A stretch of DNA of 64,000 bases, taken from Chitinophagales bacterium. GTDB taxonomy: Bacteria > Bacteroidota > Bacteroidia > Chitinophagales > BACL12. Position 1 is the stretch's first letter. Each line of letters begins with the position of its first letter. Positions 27,963 through 34,547 of this stretch are shown here, in pieces. The notes under the pieces were generated by a model. The model had not been told where the DNA came from. It saw only the letters and a program-made list of their open reading frames with translations, and made no database searches. A program made the translations under genes and the position numbers. The DNA lies in assembly GCA_044227505.1 (NCBI GenBank), contig JBGAWP010000001.1:26731-90730 (forward strand). The letters run 5' to 3'.

Positions 27963-29045
27963 TTAAATAATATTATTTGATATAACATAAATGAGTGCAG
28001 AAACAAGAGCTGCAATTGGCAAAGTGAGTACCCATGAGCCCACTATTTTACCTATCATTTTATAATCTGCTTTTTTATTCACCACGCCAATTCCGAATAT
28101 TCCTCCTACTGAAACATGTGTGGTGGAAACCGGTAATCCGCTTGCACTGGCGGTCCAGACTAACACAGCTGTTATTAAATTCGAAGTAAATCCTTGCCCG
28201 GAATTCATATAAGTAATTTTTTTACTCATGGTCATGGCTACTTTTTTTGCATTTAACAACCCTCCAATTGCCATAACAATTGCAACAATAATGATCATCC
28301 ATGGAACATTTAAAAAACTTACTAATAATAACAATCCTGCAATTTTAGGTGCATCGTTCATTCCTCTTGCAAATCCAACGGCGCCAGCGGATAAAAAATG
28401 TAATCCGTCCAATATTTTTTGTGCGCTTATACCAACAATATTACCGTGATAACTTTCGCGGTAATCGTTGCTAATTGAAATTGTGGATGCGGCAATATTA
28501 TTTGTATCAGATAATGGTTTATCCACTGTAAGATGTGTTTGTTTATCTATTTTGAGCAGAAGGCGAACCTGTCTGAAAATAAAATATAAAATGATACTTG
28601 ATGCACAGGCAATAAAGGGACTCAGTAATAATGGTTTGAGAAATACATCTCCTAATTGTGTAAAATTGAGTTCATTACCCACAGCCATAAATCCTGCACC
28701 AACCAATGCTCCTACAATTGCATGTGTAGTGGAGATAGGAATACCGATTCTGGTTGCTAAAAATACCGTTGTAGCAGCGCCAAGTGCAACAGCAATAGCA
28801 AGAGAAGGGTCTTTTAATGCTTCATCGGGTATTAATCCTTTTCCGGAAAAATTTTTCATTAATCCCTGTGCTATATAAATTGCAAACAAACAGCCTGCAA
28901 GCGTGGTAATTGTACCCCAATTAATTGCTTTTTTGTAATCGGTTGTTCCGCTTCCAAAAAGAGTAGAAACACCTTTAAAATTATCGTTTGCTCCATTGGA
29001 AAATGCCAGGAAACAAGCTGCCAATAAAATGATAATTGTTATCAC
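27963..29045 (-). CDS. PiT (PHO4) family inorganic phosphate/anion transporter
   Basis: The N-terminal motif is SNGANDNFKGV, and the internal repeat motif is ARGMNDAPKIAG. It has about 10 TM helices. Its GTG start overlaps the stop of the upstream DUF2064 gene (GTGA). Confidence 0.8.
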   Translation of the reverse strand: MITIIILLAACFLAFSNGANDNFKGVSTLFGSGTTDYKKAINWGTITTLAGCLFAIYIAQGLMKNFSGKGLIPDEALKDPSLAIAVALGAATTVFLATRIGIPISTTHAIVGALVGAGFMAVGNELNFTQLGDVFLKPLLLSPFIACASSIILYFIFRQVRLLLKIDKQTHLTVDKPLSDTNNIAASTISISNDYRESYHGNIVGISAQKILDGLHFLSAGAVGFARGMNDAPKIAGLLLLVSFLNVPWMIIIVAIVMAIGGLLNAKKVAMTMSKKITYMNSGQGFTSNLITAVLVWTASASGLPVSTTHVSVGGIFGIGVVNKKADYKMIGKIVGSWVLTLPIAALVSALIYVISNNII

Positions 29046-29653
29046 GCTATCACATTTTTTAGATCAGGAAATAAGTTTAGGTCTTCAATAGTATCGATAT
29101 CGGTTAATGTTTCCAGTAGGAATAATTTTCCATTATTATTTTCAATTTCAGTTTTAGATTCTTCAAAAAGATGTTCAGTGCTCCATTGTTTATTTTGTAA
29201 AAGCCAACGATTCCACTTTTTCATGCCAATTAAATAATAACCACCGTCCGTTGCGGGACCAATTACAAAGTCGTGATCTTGTAAGGCCAGGAAAGCTTTA
29301 TTAATATGTTCGGGAGTAAGTGCATAACAATCTGCACCTATCATCACCACTTCTTTGTATTCGTTTTTAAAAGGAATGGAAAAACCATAATCCATGCGCA
29401 CGCCCAGATCTCCGCTGCATTGAACATATTTTCTATAATTGGCATTATCAAAAATGTCATTTCTTTCTACCAGGTCAGAATAAAAGATGTATTTATCAGC
29501 ATCAATATCACGGGTGATCATTTGTGTGTGCCGCAATAAATTCATGTATATATCAAATGCCATTTCCTCACCCGCATCTTTTGCCAAACGTGTTTTTACC
29601 TTTCCTTTTACAGGATTTTTCAACATTATTACCAGTGCTTTTCTGTTGGACAT
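29042..29653 (-). CDS. DUF2064 family transferase-like protein (rSAM/arsenosugar-cluster-associated type)
   Basis: ALVIMLKNPVKGKVKTRLA, IGADCYALTPEHI, VIGPATDGGYYLIG and QWSTEHL are DUF2064 hallmarks. Confidence 0.75.
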   Translation of the reverse strand: MSNRKALVIMLKNPVKGKVKTRLAKDAGEEMAFDIYMNLLRHTQMITRDIDADKYIFYSDLVERNDIFDNANYRKYVQCSGDLGVRMDYGFSIPFKNEYKEVVMIGADCYALTPEHINKAFLALQDHDFVIGPATDGGYYLIGMKKWNRWLLQNKQWSTEHLFEESKTEIENNNGKLFLLETLTDIDTIEDLNLFPDLKNVIA

Positions 29654-29691
29654 TTTATTTTTTTATTGCTCAATGGTTAATATTAATTCAC

Positions 29692-30750
29692 TTAAGCAAC
29701 GGTTCCTCCGCAACTGCTGCCACTTCCTGCTGTGCATCCAAAACAATGTTGATTTAACACTATTTCTCTGTTGTTTAATTTTTCCAGATCCCAATTGCTG
29801 ATATGATTTGGAGCGCCATGGTTTACTTTTAATCCCAACATCTGATTAAAATCACAATCATAAATTGTTCCTTCCCAACCTATTGAAATGGTATTTCTGC
29901 ACATTACATTTTGAGCAGCAACGGGATTAAATGCCTCAATTAATTGTTGCATATACGTTTCATAATTTCCGCTCTGAATTAAATAATCGAGAAATCTGCT
30001 TATAGGCATATTTGTAATACAGAATAGACTATTAAATTCGATATTGTGCTGGCGTTTTAATTCTTTTTTAAATTGCGCCTCCAGCGTTTCCTGAGAGCCG
30101 GGTAAAAATGCTCCACTTGGATTATACACTAAATTTAAAATCAAACCTGAACCCGGTTTTCCATAACCTACTTCATTCAACATTTGTAATGCTTTAATAC
30201 TATCTTCAAATACACCATCTCCGCGTTGTGCATCTGTTCTTGATTTATTATAAAATGGCAGTGAAGAAATTACCTCCACTTTGTGATCGGCAAAAAATTG
30301 TGGCAGGTCGTGATATTTTTTATTTGCCATGATAATGGTGAGATTACAACGCACCATTGTTTTTCTTCCGAGTTTTGAAATTTCTTCTACGAACCATCTG
30401 AAATCGGGATTCATTTCCGGGGCACCACCGGTAAGATCAACAGTTGGAATATCGGTCTGAGCCAAAACATCCAAACACTGTTGCATGGTTTCTCTCGTCA
30501 TAATTTCCTGCCGGTCGGGACCAGCATCCACATGGCAATGCGCACAAGTTTGATTACACATATAACCAACATTCACCTGAAATATTTCAGTTTTTGTAGG
30601 CTTCAATGGAAATAAATTAATACTGTTTAATTTATCATCAAACCGTTCAAAATCCGCAGTTGCAATTTCATGTGTTTCCAACACCTTCAGCTGATAATCA
30701 TTATCGGCTAATTTATGATGTTGGGCATGTAATGATTTTGTTGTCTTCAT
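29692..30750 (-). CDS. arsS: ArsS-type radical SAM / Cys-rich domain protein (arsenosugar-family biosynthesis)
   Basis: The radical SAM motif is CNQTCAHC. The C-terminal Cys-rich tail is CRNTISIGWEGTIYDCDFN...CFGCTAGSGSSCGGTVA, with Cys at the position where some family members carry Sec. I prefer the ATG at 30750 over the TTG at 30765. Confidence 0.8.
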   Translation of the reverse strand: MKTTKSLHAQHHKLADNDYQLKVLETHEIATADFERFDDKLNSINLFPLKPTKTEIFQVNVGYMCNQTCAHCHVDAGPDRQEIMTRETMQQCLDVLAQTDIPTVDLTGGAPEMNPDFRWFVEEISKLGRKTMVRCNLTIIMANKKYHDLPQFFADHKVEVISSLPFYNKSRTDAQRGDGVFEDSIKALQMLNEVGYGKPGSGLILNLVYNPSGAFLPGSQETLEAQFKKELKRQHNIEFNSLFCITNMPISRFLDYLIQSGNYETYMQQLIEAFNPVAAQNVMCRNTISIGWEGTIYDCDFNQMLGLKVNHGAPNHISNWDLEKLNNREIVLNQHCFGCTAGSGSSCGGTVA

Positions 30751-30760
30751 ATTATAAATT

Positions 30761-30922
30761 GTCAATAGTCATTAGTCAGGAGTCATTAGTCAGGAGTGAG
30801 GACGTAAATTTTAAATCGGACGTAAACTCATTACTCATAACTCATTTGGAGAATCGTAAGCAATAATCCGGCTCGGAACATACTCACCACTCACCACTCA
30901 CCACTCACCACTTCCCACTCAC
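30761..30922. repeat. Heptamer-phased degenerate arrays filling the ArsS / AhpD-like intergenic spacer
   Basis: GTCAATA GTCATTA GTCAGGA GTCATTA GTCAGGA GTGAGGA lie at 30761-30802. GGACGTAAA occurs twice. AACTCAT TACTCAT AACTCAT lie around 30825-30846. TACTCAC followed by (CACTCAC)3 CACTTCC CACTCAC lie at 30881-30922, ending at the stop codon of the upstream gene. Confidence 0.95.
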
Positions 30923-31260
30923 TACATCGCTATCTCCTTAAATTTCGCCATCATCTGCGTTCCATGCACCAAACTCGCTCCACCGCGAATTGCTGCGGCA
31001 ACGTGAATTGCTTCCATCATTTGTTCTTCATCACAACCTTTTGCCATTGTGTCTTGTGTATAAGCATCAATACAATAGGGACATTGAATTGCATGAGAAA
31101 CTGCCAATGCAATTAAACTTTTTTCGCGTGCTGTTAATGCACCTTCGGCGAAAACTTTTCCGTAATAATCAAAAAATGCTTTTCCTAATTCGGCATCCCA
31201 GTTACTGATCTTTCCGAAATTTTTAAGGTCTTTAGGGTCGTAGTATGTTGAACGTTCCAT
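30922..31260 (-). CDS. AhpD/carboxymuconolactone-decarboxylase-fold peroxidase-like protein (CxxC form)
   Basis: It has 112 aa. LTAREKSLIALAVSHAIQCPYCIDAY carries the AhpD-core CxxC. This small family accompanies ArsS-type radical SAM genes. Confidence 0.75.
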   Translation of the reverse strand: MERSTYYDPKDLKNFGKISNWDAELGKAFFDYYGKVFAEGALTAREKSLIALAVSHAIQCPYCIDAYTQDTMAKGCDEEQMMEAIHVAAAIRGGASLVHGTQMMAKFKEIAM

Positions 31261-31375
31261 TATAAAATTTGTATTGTTAAATGAATTAATAAATTAAATA
31301 GAGCTGTAATTATTTGTAATGGATCTTACTTCAAAACAGAAGCAAATTACAAATGTTCAAATCTGAAAATTTGAA

Positions 31376-32080
31376 TCAAACAGCAGGGGGACCTCTTAAT
31401 AAGGAGTACTTACGAAAGAAATTGGAAAGTGGATTGCTGAAAAATGTTAAACAAAAACTGTTAACAGAAGCCAGAATTGAAGCTAATTTTTTTCTAAAAG
31501 AAAAAAGTAAAAATGGGTTTGAAATTGTTTTGAGCAGATCAGATCTGTGATCCAAATCACTTTTTTGTTGTGTAACAATAAATTCTGCAGAAACGGAATC
31601 CAAATAATAAATAAATGCAGAACTTACCTGATCGGTTCCCCAGGGAATATTGTTAAATAATTCCGTTCTTAAAAAATGTTGGTTAAGTCCGATAAGATAT
31701 AATCCACCATCTGATGCCGGACCGATAACCACTTCCTTTAGCTGTAACTTTTCTGCTGCAAATACAAGGTCAGCCGGAGTTAGTGTAGGACAATCATTTC
31801 CGATGGCGATCACATTTTCAAACCCAAGTTGAAATATATCGTTAAATGCATTATTCAGTCGTTCTGCAAAAGAATTTCCGGTTTGCAGATCAGTGTTTAT
31901 TGTAAAACAAGGAAGCCCACTGTCACGCGCAATTTTTTCGGTGTGGCTGATGAGATTTTTTGCAATTAAAAGATTTGCATGAAAAGAATGCGCTTCTGTG
32001 AAGTCTTTAGCAATTGCTTCCTCTTCCGCAGAGCGCGTGAATAGGAGCAGAGCTGTATTTTTAACCTCTTTGAGATGCAT
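31376..32080 (-). CDS. Second DUF2064 family transferase-like paralogue
   Basis: Motifs are ALLLFTRSAEEE, IGNDCPTLTPADL, VIGPASDGGLYLIGL and IPWGTDQV. The last approximately 50 codons are low-complexity, so the true 3' end is uncertain. Confidence 0.65.
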   Translation of the reverse strand: MHLKEVKNTALLLFTRSAEEEAIAKDFTEAHSFHANLLIAKNLISHTEKIARDSGLPCFTINTDLQTGNSFAERLNNAFNDIFQLGFENVIAIGNDCPTLTPADLVFAAEKLQLKEVVIGPASDGGLYLIGLNQHFLRTELFNNIPWGTDQVSSAFIYYLDSVSAEFIVTQQKSDLDHRSDLLKTISNPFLLFSFRKKLASILASVNSFCLTFFSNPLSNFFRKYSLLRGPPAV

Positions 32081-32156
32081 TGTTGTGAAACGCCTGTTTC
32101 GTTAAATAGTTCGGCTAAAATAGAAAGCTTTTCGCAATTGCAATGTTAAACTTTTC

Positions 32157-32720
32157 CTAACGTTTCTTTTGAATGCTGCTTTCCAGCCAAACAACTGCTC
32201 TTTTTATGTAATATTCCTTATCTGCTTTTTGTTTTTTTATCAGTTTCCAAATGGCAGGGTGCATTTCCGGACGTTTGCAAAAATCTTCCACCAAAACAAG
32301 TGATAATCGCCTGTGCCACATATTTTTTGAGTTGGATAACTTTTCTGCCAAATCAAAAACTTCTTTAGTTCGGATCTTATTGATCGATTTTAAACTTTGC
32401 ATGCCAAGTGTGTCGCAAACTGCCCAATTGTCAATACCATCGGCATATTTTTCTACAAGGCTAATTGCCTTTTCGGGATCCTGTTTAGCTATCAGCCGAA
32501 TTATTTTAGCGGCGAGTATTTTTTCTTCATATGCCCCTGAGCGCCATAGCTCTTCAACAAGATCAAAACCGCCTTCTTTCATTTCTTTCGCCAATTCATT
32601 GATCACAGGCATTCTCACACCATAAGCACCTTTGGCGCCGGGAGCCACAATTTTTAGTTGTTCAATTCTGTCAGGATGGCCGTTAGCCTTTAATACTTTT
32701 TTAATTTCTGTCAGCGACAT
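32157..32720 (-). CDS. DNA alkylation repair (AlkD-like HEAT repeat) family protein
   Basis: GAYGVRMPVINELAKE...EEKILAAKIIRLIA...IDNWAVCDTL matches the AlkD-like family pattern. The ATG at 32720 overlaps the upstream gene by 20 nt. The track start at 32741 is a TTG. Confidence 0.7.
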   Translation of the reverse strand: MSLTEIKKVLKANGHPDRIEQLKIVAPGAKGAYGVRMPVINELAKEMKEGGFDLVEELWRSGAYEEKILAAKIIRLIAKQDPEKAISLVEKYADGIDNWAVCDTLGMQSLKSINKIRTKEVFDLAEKLSNSKNMWHRRLSLVLVEDFCKRPEMHPAIWKLIKKQKADKEYYIKRAVVWLESSIQKKR

Positions 32721-33537
32721 AATTATTACAATAATTTTCAAATAATGGTATCAATAATTTTGTGATATTGCCAGGTGCGCCGTTCGCGATCATTTGATCT
32801 TCAATTTTTACTACCGGCATAATGTTTTTTGTTGTACTGGAAATAAATACTTCATCAGCTTCAAATAATTCTTTAATGGAAATATCCTTTTCAATCACCA
32901 TAAATTGTTCTTTTAAACAATGCATTACATGATGTCGTGTCACACCTTTTAATATGTTTTTATCCGGTGTGTAAATTAAGCCTCCTTTAATAATAAAAAT
33001 ATTACATCGTGAACATTCACGAACAATATTGTCGAAATAAAAAAGAATATCCTCGGAATTGTTTTCCAACATTCTGTCATACTCTCTTAAAGAACCCAAA
33101 TAAAATGTAGTTTTATATTCAGGAAATGGTTTTGCAAATTCATGAAGAATGAGTGTTATTCCATCATTAAACATTTTCTGATCATACTCTTTAAAAATAT
33201 CCTGATAAACTGTTAGAATAGCGGTTAATTTATTGTCAACCATTCTTGCAGAAATGATGCATTTGAAATAGGAATTATTTAAATTATTTTCTTTTTGTAA
33301 GGTCTCCAATATATTTTTAATATCATCCATTTGTGCTTTGGAATGTAGACGCAGCAATGATTGTGAGTGTTCTAATCGCGATAAATGTTCCTTTAAAAAT
33401 GGAATGGTGCCATTTCTTTCCCGGCAATAGTCAAACACAGCAAATCCGCGTTCAAAACCAAGATCATCGGTTCCGATGCTGATCTTATCCTTAGGTAAAT
33501 AAATACCATCCCGATAGGCTAATAATTGTTGTATCAT
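32701..33537 (-). CDS. Class IV (fold type IV) aminotransferase / aminodeoxychorismate-lyase-like protein
   Basis: DLGFERGFAVFDY, NIFIIKGGLIYTP, ILKGVTRHHV and ADEVFISSTTKNIMPV follow the class IV PLP-enzyme pattern. Confidence 0.7.
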   Translation of the reverse strand: MIQQLLAYRDGIYLPKDKISIGTDDLGFERGFAVFDYCRERNGTIPFLKEHLSRLEHSQSLLRLHSKAQMDDIKNILETLQKENNLNNSYFKCIISARMVDNKLTAILTVYQDIFKEYDQKMFNDGITLILHEFAKPFPEYKTTFYLGSLREYDRMLENNSEDILFYFDNIVRECSRCNIFIIKGGLIYTPDKNILKGVTRHHVMHCLKEQFMVIEKDISIKELFEADEVFISSTTKNIMPVVKIEDQMIANGAPGNITKLLIPLFENYCNNYVADRN

Positions 33538-33538
33538 A

Positions 33539-34432
33539 TTAATCTGCTAAGATACTATTCCTGATATTATACTTCGCACATAATGTTTTTACTATATTAT
33601 TAATATTTTCATGATACTGTTTTGGCGGGAAAGGCCAAATTCTGTATAAACTTTTATATTGTTGCACTAAATGCGGATGATAACGCTCAAGAAATTTATA
33701 ATACAGGGTTTTTGAGGATGCCGGATCTTTTCCAAATAGGGTAAGGCCTCCAATTAAAATATAATCAGCCCCATATTTTTTAGCAGTAGATATCATCTCC
33801 TCCATTTTTTCCTCGCTGTCTGAAATAAAAGGTAATACCGGCAAACAATTCAATCCGGTCAAAAAACCGGCTTCCTTAATTTTTTGCATAGCCTCCAATC
33901 TTTTTAATGGAGCAATTGCGCCGGGTTCGAGATGATCGGTAATATTCTGATCTAAGGATGAAATGGAAAATGTGATCAAAGTGCCACGGTTTAAACTTGT
34001 TTTCAGGTCATCGGGAAGAATGGCATTTGAATCAATATTTTTTAGAATATCAATGTCTTGTAAAACGCCATTGGATTTTGTAATGATATGCACCGGAAAC
34101 TGATATTTCAGAAATAATTCCAGAAATTTTTTTGTCATGCCATATTTTGCATCCACAGGCATATAAGCATCTGTTGCACTTGATAAAACAACAAAACCAT
34201 ATTGTTGCTTTTTTACGCGGAATTGCAGTTGTTTTTCCAATACTTCCGGAGCATTTATTTTTACGGAAAGTGCATCTTCCATATTCACTCCATACTTACT
34301 CCCGCGCACATAACAGTATAGGCAATTCATGCTGCATCCCTCATACGCATTAACCGTAAATTCATCCAAAAACCAGCTATCGCGTTTTTTCTTTTTATTG
34401 AGAATGGTTTTTGCTTGTATTTCCTGTATCAC
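33539..34432 (-). CDS. SplB/COG1533-like radical SAM protein
   Basis: The motif is YEGCSMNCLYCYV (CxxxCxxC). The length of 297 aa and the overall pattern resemble the spore-photoproduct-lyase-family radical SAM proteins. It has a GTG start. Confidence 0.7.
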   Translation of the reverse strand: MIQEIQAKTILNKKKKRDSWFLDEFTVNAYEGCSMNCLYCYVRGSKYGVNMEDALSVKINAPEVLEKQLQFRVKKQQYGFVVLSSATDAYMPVDAKYGMTKKFLELFLKYQFPVHIITKSNGVLQDIDILKNIDSNAILPDDLKTSLNRGTLITFSISSLDQNITDHLEPGAIAPLKRLEAMQKIKEAGFLTGLNCLPVLPFISDSEEKMEEMISTAKKYGADYILIGGLTLFGKDPASSKTLYYKFLERYHPHLVQQYKSLYRIWPFPPKQYHENINNIVKTLCAKYNIRNSILAD

Positions 34433-34547
34433 AAAACAATATTAAGCAGAAAATCCAATTGTATCCTGCCCAAAACTACCGATATTTGTACCTTCAAACT
34501 AAACGGGCAGTTTACTTGTTAAAAAACAGGAAAAGAAAAAGAAAGAA

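Noticed and set aside
29692-31260. Possible selenocysteine (in-frame TGA) recoding in the ArsS-like and AhpD-like genes
   Set aside because: Both ORFs are uninterrupted, and the positions expected to be Sec in some homologues are Cys codons (SSCGG tail, CPYC). No SECIS-type requirement is implied.
31353-31550. A 65-aa + strand ORF overlapping the 3' tail of the second DUF2064 gene
   Set aside because: Its composition is protein-like and the DUF2064 tail it overlaps is low-complexity, so the call is genuinely ambiguous. With no motif, no clear promoter and an overlap with a longer ORF, I did not call it. The true DUF2064 stop may lie further upstream if there is a sequencing frameshift.
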